From positions 31,806,001-31,870,000 of the forward strand of contig CM060731.1 in NCBI GenBank assembly GCA_030704615.1: a stretch of 64,000 nucleotides of DNA, read 5' to 3'. Position 1 is the stretch's first letter; the number at the start of each line of letters is the position of its first letter. The notes under the pieces are model-generated. The model saw only the letters and a program-made list of their open reading frames with translations, did not search any database and was not told where the DNA came from. The DNA is from Takakia lepidozioides (taxonomy: Eukaryota; Plantae; Bryophyta). Positions 1 to 11,600 of this stretch are shown here, piece after piece. Position numbers and translations under genes: made by a program.

Positions 1-1688
1 GGAGACAACGGGGTCAACGCTTGGATCTGAGGGCCTCAAAATTAAGATGGGCTTTAATTTTTGAGTTCATATTCTTCTTATGTTTCCAGTTTATGTCATC
101 CTCGAACTCGAGAGGCGAGGGCCAGGGGACTAGAAGGGCCACCATTGCTCGGGGATGACAACGTGGAAATTGCAATTGTCTCCGGATCTTGTGCAATGAT
201 GTCTCACCACCCCCATGACGAGTTGAATGCCTTAAGTAGCTTGGTCCATTTCTCTTGAGAACAGATTTTGCAAACAAAGCAAGACTTGCAATGATTTTTT
301 CTTATTTAAGCTATATCACCAAGGGTTTCTCAACGCAAAAGCTTCTCTCGCCACTCCTATAGGTTTAGGGCTTCTGGCTATACTACTCCGGGTTTTGTCT
401 TGAGACACTTGGTTGAATTAGAGTTCATATATGGGTTTTTTTTTTTGGAAAACATGTAACTCCTATGAGCGGGATTGAAAAAGATAAAACCCCCATCTAA
501 CTGCATGCTTTGCTCACAGGATACCAACCTCCTCAATGTTGACCTGAGTAGAGGATCTTTTAATCTCACATCCCCCTATTCCGCAAGTTGCGGAGTTTGC
601 AACTTGCTACGTCTGTGACGGTGCAAGATAACGTGTAAAGTAGTGCATTTTTAAGCATGATGGGAAGTGGAAGATAGAAGCAAATATTGGGCACAACGTC
701 ATAATCAGGGGCACTAGTAGTGTAGTGGACAAGCCTTTCTGCACATACCAAAGGCCACATGGCTCATCTATGGCTAAGTTTTTTTTATTATGGCTAAACT
801 CAAACATAGGTTAAGCCATGCAGGTGGGATGGCTAAAATGTAGCCCAATGCAGATGAAAGGCTTATTATTGGCCGCGTCGGCCATCTATGCCTAAGCTGA
901 AGCAGAGGTTTAGCCACGTTGCCATCCCTCCATATTGTCTCCAAGCACACAAGTTACAACCAAGCAAACTGTGAGCCTGATCTTCCTGGCACGGATGACT
1001 TAGAAGCCCGTGTTGTGGGGGGCCATCATGACTTTCCCTTGCCGAGTGGCTGCTTAGTTATGTGCACGAAGAAGCCGTGTTGTGGGGCCATGACTTTGCC
1101 CAAGTGGCTACATATGTGCAGGAAGAAGCTGACGATGGAGTGGAGCCTGATCAATCTTGTGAAAAAAGCATATGCATCTATTTTGGCGACAAGGGTGATC
1201 CAAATTGGAGCTTTTGAGCACGGCAGCAACTCTAAATTTGTCATTGGCCGTTGCCCACTCAGCGGCTGCTGAGTCGTCAAGGGGGTGGCGTCAGTTTGCA
1301 TCCAGACCCATCGTCACCCTGTCAGACTGCAGGCAGGGGGCTGCTACTAGTCCACAGAGATGCAACTTATGAGGTGTAAGTACATGCTGATACACCAAAG
1401 TCCTGTGCAAGTTGCAGCCGTCTTAGCCGCCATGACTGGACAGCGAAACTTGGCCACCTTCATATACGTTGTGGGGACTTGGAACAGGTAGAGTCACTTG
1501 TCCTTCACTGCCTGAGGGTAAAGCTGGCTAGACTGGCTGGAAGCATATGCAACATTGATCTGTGGCTGAGTTACTCCTGCGAAGAGCAAAGGTCGTTTTG
1601 CAGTTTCTAGTACAGCAGTTTGCGATAAGTGTTGAGGGGATTTTGACAGTGACTATGTGTGTGTCGGAAAAGATTTGATCTACACTAT

Positions 1689-2342
1689 ATGGCGCCGAAA
1701 CAATGCGGGTCTGTGGTTCAACAATGTATCAATGCTCCCGTGGAGACCGTCTGGTCGGTGCTAGGCAGGTTCGATCGTCCCCAGTCCTACAAGCACTTCG
1801 TTAGAGACTGTGAGATGGAAAATGTGGAAGGTTGCGAGCTGGGCCCGACTGGTGAACTCACGTACGATCCAAGCCCAGAATTACCACCCGTGTCGTGGCC
1901 TGTGGGTGCGACTCGGCTTCTTCGGCTAATATCTGGATTCCCTGGCACAACATGCAGAGAGCGTTTAGAGTTTCTTGATGAGCAAGAGCATGTGATCACC
2001 TTCAAGGTCTTGGACGGGGACCTTCGCCTCGAAAACTTCACATCCACTACATCATTGCACCGACACATTGGAAGTTCCGACTCTCCAGAGCAGACATTAG
2101 TTGTGGAGTCATTCAAGTCGGATATTCCAGAGGGAAATACACAAGAGGACACAATCATTTTCGTTGAGATTATGCTCAAGACACAGCTGCATTCGTTGGC
2201 AGATATTGCAGAGCGGATGGCTCTGAACAGTGAAGGATCCATACCATGTGTATTGGGTAAGCGCCATAGAAAACACGATCAGAGTAATTTGTTCGTGGAA
2301 GTGGCGAGAAGGCACAGTGTGACTAGCAGGATTGTTGCCTAA
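1689..2342 (+). CDS. PYL: Divergent PYR/PYL/RCAR-like START-domain protein (ABA receptor family), single exon
   Basis: QCGS..APVETVWSVLGRFDRPQSYKHFV, VGATR, ERLE, VVES and DIPEGNTQEDT align with the PYR1/PYL core. Gate reads SGFPG and latch reads LRL. First ATG is 1689; there is an in-frame TGA at 1650, so the true N-terminus is uncertain. Confidence 0.88.
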   Translation: MAPKQCGSVVQQCINAPVETVWSVLGRFDRPQSYKHFVRDCEMENVEGCELGPTGELTYDPSPELPPVSWPVGATRLLRLISGFPGTTCRERLEFLDEQEHVITFKVLDGDLRLENFTSTTSLHRHIGSSDSPEQTLVVESFKSDIPEGNTQEDTIIFVEIMLKTQLHSLADIAERMALNSEGSIPCVLGKRHRKHDQSNLFVEVARRHSVTSRIVA

Positions 2343-3510
2343 TAAGAGGACTGCATTAAGCCTTACATCGACACTGAGATTTTCACCCCAACCGAATCGA
2401 CGGGCTGTGCGCAGGTGCTATGTCATGGGTTCAGTTACTGGTCAGTGTACCTGGAACTGGCTCCCCAGGGGAGTTGATAGCAAGGGGAAGCCTTAGCCAA
2501 CAACGGTTTATGTTGACTAACCACGATCATCCAACAAAGGAAGCTACTCCAAATAGATTATGGTAATCACCACTCGAAAGAGTGCTCTTGCGGTTCACAA
2601 TCTCAGATAGTTCAGATGTATAGTTTTCTACAGGGAGAACGTGCACGCACTCTCTCTTGTGCAATGGGTGTGATATTGCAGCTTCATTTTGCTGGGTGGC
2701 TCCCTTACTAGTTTGATGTCTTCGGCTCTGCCTGCGAGCATGGCAGTGATCAGAATACTTTGGTGGAGTTCATTTTTCACCGGCCACCCAATTCAGGCTT
2801 ATCATGACTTTCTAGGTTTTATTGACAGCAGACATGTAGTGTTGCCTGACCTATCCTCCAGCTTCCAGAGGACATTCTTCCAGGATGGTTGCCTCACACT
2901 TCTGTGCGGTGTTGGACCTCATTGGGGGAGGTCCTGTTGCCACCCTCTGGATGGAAATCCATAGACATACCCTTCCGAAAGGTTGTTCCTAACGACATGT
3001 ATAAATGTAATACCCTTTGGAAGGCCATTCACATGAAGTGAAAAATGTCATGGATTTGTAAATGCTATCACTGGAGCCCCTCATTAAGACAAGGCCACCG
3101 AAAATTTGTGGGCGGTGAAAGGTGATCCCCCAAGACCGGGCCCTTTACTAGCTCATTTACCCAAAGTGCAGCCAACAGAAGTACAGCCAACAAATTCTGA
3201 ACAGGCGGGAAGGAAGCCCACATACTCAAATTAATGGAAGGGAAAAATAACCTTGTTGGTGCCATAAGGCTTACAAGAGATGAAACAGGCAACCAATCTT
3301 TTGTTACAGTCCTGAGGTATATACGAAAATTTAGGTTTTGGGTCCAATGTTCTTGATTGTGAAAGAACCTACATTCTTAGAAGGGCAGAGCTCAGAGAAG
3401 AGACTGCTTCCCTCGAAACAACAATGGCACTGTGGCTGCATAATATCTGAGCGGTGAGGGAAGTAGCTCTCTGCAAAAAACGGTTCTACTCTAGCATTGT
3501 GACTACCGAA

Positions 3511-6500
3511 CTAGGTTTTGGTCTTTTCCAAAGCTTGCTCAACTTTGGATGCGAGACTTTCATCACATCTGCGGAAGACTGCCAGTTGTCTTTTGATGAC
3601 AATGTCTTTGGCCCCCTTTATATGACCAGCGATATTTTTTGCTGTCAATTCTTGATCTTCTGCTGACATTTTCTGCCATAACATTTGTGGCTGTATATAG
3701 TCATCTTGCTCTGGCCGCTTTGAAGGGAACCTCCCAATGTCCCCACCTTCATGCCTGTACATTGTAAATGACCAGATGGTTTTTAGTCATGCACATTTCT
3801 CTTACCAATTAGTGTGGTTAAAAGAACTTTACTGGTAAATGTTGCTCAGCTTTCTCTTTAGATTGTCTTCGTGTCCCTTAGTGGAGCTACAAAGAGAATG
3901 TGCTTGTAAGACATGTCTACAGGACAACATCCTTCAACTTCATCCGGAATGTGACCGATGAAAGTAAAGGCGCAGTGGTAGTTGCCTAAGGAGCTTTTCT
4001 GAGCGTCATGTGGTGCCTACCCTGAAGTTCACTCGAATGACAAGGCTCCACTTTGTGACGGCCACATGAGAGGTACGTCTCATAGACCTGGCCTTTTCCA
4101 TTCTTCCTCGCCCATAGACAGATGTTGGTAGTGCAATGTCACATGCACAGAGCAAGCAAGCAAGCACCTGGCTCTTCCCAAAAATTGATTCAGAACAAAA
4201 AGCTGTTTGTAATCATCTGTGAGTTTCTAGAGTTAAATAGGCATCTTACTTGTGAGAGTGAACGTCAGGATCAGATGGGTCAGGCTGGGGTGCATTTTCA
4301 TAGGAGTTGGGGTAGTAGTTAGGCTTGCTACCACCATTATCGCCGATATTCATCAACCCATCGCGTGCATATGTTTGCACTTTGGCAAATGGACACTGGT
4401 TGATAGGAATCTGCAGAGACATTTTTACCAAATACTAAGTATATATCCTGTCTGCACTCCACTTTGATTTTTCCTCCTTGCTGAGTTAGCTTGCTCACCA
4501 CTAGCCATTCCCAGAGTAGGAAAACTTCATTGTTTAGAAAAAAGGCACTAGGCAAAGGTATGCATTACTGAGTGCTGCCTTGACACAGTTGAGCTACTGC
4601 CTCTGTTAGAAAGTGCATACTAGTCACTGGCAAGGGAGGTCCTTTTACATCCCCATTCTTGTCAGATAGAGAACATCAAGAAAATATCTCTCCTACCCAA
4701 GAAATCACTAGTCAGTGGCCATAAACAAGATGCTGGGGTCACTTAGAAACTAATAGGAAGTGGAGATTACTGTCCAACAAAGGTTGAAATTGTCCAAAAG
4801 TATTGCGAAAGAATTTTACCTGTAAGAAGTTGGGTCCCAATCGGTGGCGGGCAGTATCATCATATGCAAACAGACGTGCTTGCAGAATGCGGTCTGGTGA
4901 TGGTTCAATTCCAGGCACCAGGTGTGCTGGTGAGAAGGCAGATTGCTCCACTTCAGCAAAATAGTTTTCGGGATTCCTATTCATGACCAACTTACCCACT
5001 TCTCTCAGTGGGTAATCTGAATGCAGCCACACCTGCACATGAAATCATAACGTTTAGTGAAGATTTCCCATATTCTGCCATAGCTCATGAATGTCAAATG
5101 TATCAGACTGTCACATTCTCCAACAACAAAGGTCGCTACGATGGAGTCTATGGACTATGGACCTCTCAGACAGCAGGAAATTTCTCACCAGATTTAGAAA
5201 CTGCATCAAGATCATTGACATGTGTAGCTTATCATGAAACATAATCTGGGGGACCTGTGCCTGGTAGCAGAGTGTTTCAGAGTGTTTCAAACATACTCCT
5301 TCCATAATGAGAAATTTTTACTCTACTTCTTCTGTTGTCAAGAATGGAACTTGGATATCATGGATGAACAACCATACCTTTGTCAAATCAAATGGGTCCC
5401 AGCAATATGTAAGTGCATCTTCAAGGGGCATGACTTGCACTTTAAAGGTCCACGATGGGAAGTTTCCATTCGCAATGTTCTGGAAAAGATCTTCAGTACC
5501 ATAATCGGGGTTGATTCCTGCAATTTCAACAGCTTGCTCCTGGGTTAGGTTCTTGATGCCCTGGTCACTCAGGAAGTGGAATTTCACCCAGTGTGCTTTC
5601 CCCTGTTCATTCACCCACTTGAATGTGTGGGAGCCAAACCCGTGCATGTGGCGGAAGCCATCAGGAATCCCCCTTGGAGAGAAGGTAATCAATGCCTGCC
5701 ATTTCCCACAACAGACAATATTGCTCAAGCTCACCAAAGCTGGTTAAGTGCAAAACCTGATGTGCAGTTATTAAAATGGAATTCCATCTGCACAGAAGAG
5801 ATGCCTGCAGATACTCATAACTTAGATATTGATCTCGATTGAACAGATTCCAAACTTTTACCTGATGTAAAGTCTCAGGCACAAGGCTGAGGAAGTCCCA
5901 TAAAGCATTGGGATCCTTCAGGTGGGTCTGCGGGTTGCGCTTCTGAGAGTGTATCAAATCAGGGAACTTCAGTGGATCTCGGATATAGAAAACAGGCGTA
6001 TTATTTCCAGTCATGTCCCAATTTCCATCTTCTGTGTAGAATTTAACTGCGAATCCTCGTGGTTCACGGACAGTATCAGGGTACCCAGCTTCACCAGTAA
6101 CACCCGAGAATCTGAGAAACACTGGTGTGCGCTTGCCGACTTTATTTAGAAATTTCGCCTTGCAAAGGTCAGTAACATCCCTGCCAAATTGCCCAGTAGA
6201 TTGGAACATGAGTAGGGCCTATTAAATCTGTTGCAGACTGGAATTCATTTGTCCCTGGTTGTCATGGAATATGATATCAACATTGAAGGAAAACTACGCG
6301 CGGGGTGACAGCTTCAGTAACTTGTTCGGTATAAAGTATGGCACCCTGCCCAGGAACGAAAGATTTATAGCTCAATTACGACTCATCTCTCAGTGTATAA
6401 AATTCTGCAAGTGATAGCAACTTACTTTGTGACTTCAAAGTAGCCATGGCAACCGGCACCCTTGGCATGCACAACTCGCTCAGGAATGCGCTCGTGGTTC

Positions 6501-7252
6501 ATGTGGGACTGCTTCTCGAGCCAATGCAAGTCGTAAAATGTCAGTATCCCACTCTCCCCAATTGTCACACTGCAGTCACCACCCCAACATCCACACATGA
6601 ACATCTATTACTCCGACGGTTCAAATTTTCTCGATTTTGGTTAGAGAAATGGAGAAAATCTTGCATGCATCACACCCATCGGTAAACCCATGTAGGCCAT
6701 CCGCCATTGTTGTACTAAAAGAACCGAGCTCATTGCAGTGGTCAGTGTGAGATGCAATCTTTACCCCAGCTCCTCCTGTATGTCAATACTGTAGTTGAAG
6801 CGAGTTGAAGACTGACCAAACACCGTAGAATGTGACACATTGCTGTGGTCCTTTTGGAACAGTGCAGAGCCGCAGAACTGTCAACTTTGCGGACTGCCAA
6901 AAGGAAGTTACTGTATAACGCGGAGTGTGCCTCGCAGCATGAAGTATTTAGTTGATTTGGTGTTTGGAATTTGAGACCTCTTCTGGTGCTAAGAACTTGA
7001 GACAAAGTGAAGAAAGCTACATTTGGTAGGAGGCAATTAGTACCTATGATTGTCCTCTGAAACTGGCTGGCCTCCAAGTCTGGTGTACAGAGGCTTCCCA
7101 GTTGTGCCCAAACGGGGCCCTTCAACTTCATTATGAGGCGCTAAGTGGGGCCCTTCAACTTCATTATGAGCTGCTAAGTGGGGCTCTTCATGAGCTTGCT
7201 TTCCGGATCCATGGCTACTCTTTGTCATAGTTTTACTCCTCCCGAGAGACAT
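3511..7252 (-). CDS. CAT: Monofunctional heme catalase, clade-3-like, 7 exons, about 535 aa
   Basis: Manual splice: complement(7044-7252, 6426-6569, 5862-6180, 5378-5695, 4820-5032, 4250-4410, 3511-3754) = 1608 nt. All introns GT-AG and phase-consistent. Motifs: [12 protein letters not shown] (distal His), GNNTP (Asn), RLFAYDDT (proximal Tyr). Confidence 0.95.
7114..7197. repeat. 33-bp tandem repeat (about 2.5 copies) in catalase exon 1
   Basis: ggggcccttcaacttcattatgag(gc/ct)gctaagt twice plus a partial copy; encodes [22 protein letters not shown]. Confidence 0.9.
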
Positions 7253-8696
7253 GGTTGATAGTCAACTGAAATGGAAGCGGCTGTGAAAGAGGTCAGCCTC
7301 GGAAAGAGTTGGGAAGGGGAAGACGAAATGCAGGAGGCTCAGATCTCAGGGGTTTGTCTTAGCGATCTGGTGATTGTAGGGCTGGATGCAGCTTAACAAT
7401 ATTGAGCTCGTCAGAAAAGACTCAAGAGCTTGTAATCTACCAATGACCGGCCCCTAAATCTGTTCAAACTGTACTTATATATACTTGCAAGCAGGTTGTA
7501 CTTGGCTAAGTATGTCGCTCTCTGTGAGTAGACCGCAACTTCCATCTGGATTGTCAAAAGTCGGAAGTGGCGACTCTTTGTGGCACTGTGTGTACTCTAT
7601 CTTTCTCCAAATTAAAAGCTGAGTACCGAGTTCTGTCTCTAGTAATCTCTCACTTTCCTTCTTTTCTCTCTGTTCTGTCGTTTTAGATCTCCATCGGAGC
7701 TTTCATGTAGCTCATGTAGCAGCTTGTTGCCCAAGCACATCGTATTGTAATTACAGGATAGACTAGTAACGTGATCACCACAAGCAGGGAATTTAAATCG
7801 GTTAGAAGCAAGACATACAGGACAGTGGACTCAACAACAATCAAAACATTACATTTTCCATTTTCTAACGCCCGGAATAATACCTTCCGGATGAGGTGAG
7901 ATCCTCGAATCTACACCCAGCAGCAGGTCAGCAGCCAACACGAGAGGAGACTCGGAACGAATTAAAGAGCTCGAGAAAGTCTTGAGATGATGAGAGAGTT
8001 TGGTTTGCCTTCAAAAGGATGCTCGTAACTCTTCGCCACCCGAAAGGACATGTGAGTACTGTTAACCCAATGCCTTTTCAGAATTCACGCGCCTTTTCAA
8101 AATCCACACAACCCAACAGTAATCTTCCAAACGGGTCCAAACCCAGCAACCAGAATTTATTTCGAGACACGACCAAATCCTGTTACCCCACTACTGCTCC
8201 ACAGCGCTCAATTGGTTGCACCTTGGTTCTGGGTTCTACCGCTTCCTCTCCAACTGTACATTTTGCTGCAATCGTGGAAGCTGCAAGCGTTCTCGAGTTG
8301 AAACTGTGGGGTGCTGCTGACGACGGCGAGGTAGTTAGGGTTTGGAAAAGGTGGCGATTTCCGTTGTGGATGAATAAGTACGCATCATGTGATCTCATCA
8401 GGAACCAACTCCCTTCAACTACCTTCTCTCTGTCTCTCCCTCCCTCCCTCCCTTCCACCCACCCACCTTTCCTTTCCCGAAGGACTACACATCTCTCTTG
8501 GTTTCTGGGCTCCCCTGGCGTTTCCAGTGTGGAAATCTTCTTTGTGGGTATTTTCAGATGGAAATGACACCAACTTGGATGCCGCGCACATTTGAATTCT
8601 ACTAGTGACACCATTGATCAATGCTAGAGAAGCTGGAATTCAAAGTGTACCGCGGTCTCCAAGAGAGAAATTGATCTTTCCAAAAAGGAGTTGGAC

Positions 8697-11600
8697 ATGG
8701 ACTCCGGAAATTTCGAAATGACGCCAGAGTCACTGAAGAAACTCTGTAGGGATTTGAAATTGTAAATTTTCCACACTTTGCCTCCTCAATCCGTCTTAGC
8801 TCTTGGACTTAGACCGGTTTTGAGTGTCTCTGTTTTACGTGAAGTCGAATCTCAGGAGTAAATCCTAAGTTTGAACACGAAATAGAGCCTTGTTCCCATC
8901 GCTTTCGGTGTTTCCAGTCGGTGTTTCTATTGTCTCACGTACAATCACGCACACACACATCAATGTCGCCAAAAAGGAGAGTCAATAACCAGGGTATGTC
9001 GACCTGCATGGATTGAATTTGTCTGAATAGATGTATAATAGAATCAAGTGTATATTGAGCAACAGAGCCGCTTATGAAGGAATGTGCAGTTGGACCTTCT
9101 CACTGGCAGCCATGGCTCCAGGCATCTGTCAAACATGTTATCTGGTTTTAATAGAGGGCTTCACTGGAGCTTGTAAACTGAATTGTAACCTGGATTAGGG
9201 TACAAGTGAAGATTCCAGTAGCGTAGTGATATCTAGACCGCTCAGTTCCATAATCAAATCTTTGCAAATGAGCAGTTCGGCGTTCATAGTCATCTTGAGG
9301 TGGGATGATCGTGCTGTATGGGACAGATATTCGAGTTGCCCTGAGCTTAACGATGTCATTCACCTGCATCAAAAGGTACAGTTCAAAATCAGTCGCACGT
9401 TAATGTATAAACAAACACTTAAGATCCACTGTTAAGTTGGAAAACAAGTAGAACGGAGAGGCAAACTCCTGCGGGGCATATGTGGAAGATTGCAGTAGCT
9501 CTAATTGATCTTCTCGGTTTGCACTCTCTAATTGTCTTGGTTATGATGGTATGAGCTTGGACCCACACTACGCTCATCTTTCAGGGAATTGTGAAGATAC
9601 AGAACCTACATGAATACACTGGATTGCGCACAGTCTATCTTGAATGCAATGGTGGGTTCATCTACCCATCTTCTCAAAAAACTCATGGTACATCAGGCTT
9701 GATTTCGATGTGAGTAGTAAAACTTGGTAGACACCGTTGAAAAGTTCTTCGCTCATCTGTTTTGAGTGTAGACCCTTAGTGACATTTTGTGTGTGATTCA
9801 ATCAGCTATATCAAAGATTGAGGGTTTGGAGCCTCTTGTCAACCTTCGCTGTCTTTACTTGAACCAGGTAGAGATCATCCCCTCTCATTCCACAATGATG
9901 CAGGTCAGCAGATACCTCAATGTCTCACAGACCAGGTACCTAGGATGGAAATAAGGGTAAGCAAGAATGCAGCCCCGCCATTGAAAACTACCCACCAAGT
10001 TCCAACAAGTCACTTCACCTGGTTATGGCTGGTGTCATTAGAGGTTATCTTTTGAAATTGAACTTTTGAGTCCTAACATGTTCATGTAGTCTAAATTTTG
10101 TGTGCAATTATCTGCAGAATTTGGTGGAGTTCGTGGATGGTTTGGATAGCCTGAAGCACCTTGAGATCCTGGATTTAGCTGATAACCAGGTACTGCTTGA
10201 TGTTCCTTTAAACTCAAATTCCATGCAGAGTGGCGAAAATTGGAGGTCTTTGGTCTATGCCTCTGGTCAGTGTAGACACATATCTGTTCATCGGACTTCT
10301 TTGCCTGTGGAAAGTTGATCCATATTGAGGATACCACCCAGCTGGCAGGGGAATGCCTTTGCTAGTAAATGTTGCACTTGAGGAAATCCATGTCAGGGAG
10401 TCCTGGATTTGTAGGTTGATGGGTTGAGATATGGAGGAACAATGTTGCCCTTTTCGGTAGATTTGTAATAGCTTTTGAAATTTACTAATATGGCTTCCTC
10501 TCTTCATCTCTGCACCAGATTAGTATTTCCCTTTCTCTTCTGTGGACTGCGAAGGGCTTCTATAAGATTTTCTCTCGTCTTCTCAGATAAGGACAGTAAT
10601 GGGACTGGATTGCTGCCATCAACTGCGCCAGCTAAATTTGTCAGCAAATCGCATTAAAATTGCTAATGATGTGGCCCATCTCAGGGTACAGTGCCTCTGA
10701 TCAACCAAATTCTGTAGTTCTTAAACTAAGAACTTATTGCACTTGTGTGAAGATAAACTTTTAAGTACAAGTTACAAGATTCCACAAGAAGTATTTCTGT
10801 AGGTAATGGTTCAAAAGAAAGCAAAAATCCCTACTATTATTGACACAACTGGTGTGCTTTGTGCATTGAACTGTTGAAAAGTACAGATAGTCATAGGTGG
10901 GAAAAAAGGAAATCGTCAACTGGTGGGTGCTGAGAAAGTGTCACCCAGCAGGAGGTGCGTTAGTAGAGGGAGAATCTGAGTCTTAGCATAACTCTCTATA
11001 CTCTCTGGTATGTTGACAGGAGCAAGTGGGCGGTGACTTCATCTATGTCAAAGACATGCCGGTGATGGAGACTGCTACTCTTTTCCCCATAAGATTATCA
11101 ATTGACATTTTTGGATTCGTGCAACTGATGGTGTACAGGAATGCAAGAGCTTACGATCACTGGACATATCAAAAAATATGATTGAAGATGAGGAGGCTTT
11201 GCAGGTACTACTTGTGAATTGACTGCCTTTCCATCATCTCTTTCAGCAGATTAGTAGAGTAAACTTTGTGAATCAAATAGGTGCTCTGGGCCAGAGATCC
11301 CCAAGGAATCTGTTTGAGAATTCCTTAATCAACATTTGGTACATCCCATATTTGGAGTGAGGGGTCAGCTATATTTGGTGGGCTGTGGCATGCATACTTC
11401 TCCTCTCAGGACTCTCAACCCCTCCCCATCTGCTCTCTTTTCTGCTACATTCAAGTTGGAGCTGGATATAGGGCCAGAAGACTATAGCAGAAAAATCTGA
11501 TGAGAAGGATTTATGTTAAGAATTCTCAGTGTACACATTCACCAGGTCACATTGGAATTATGGGGCAGAGACGAAAAGAGAAAGAGAGAAGACACCCACT

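Noticed and set aside
1-1500. Short ORFs and tggcta/tagcca-rich sequence upstream of the PYL gene
   Set aside because: No recognisable domain, TIR/TSD pair or splice-consistent model.
8019-8621. Overlapping 143-182 aa ORFs between catalase and DNAAF1
   Set aside because: They run through a CT-rich promoter/5'UTR-like tract and show no protein motif.
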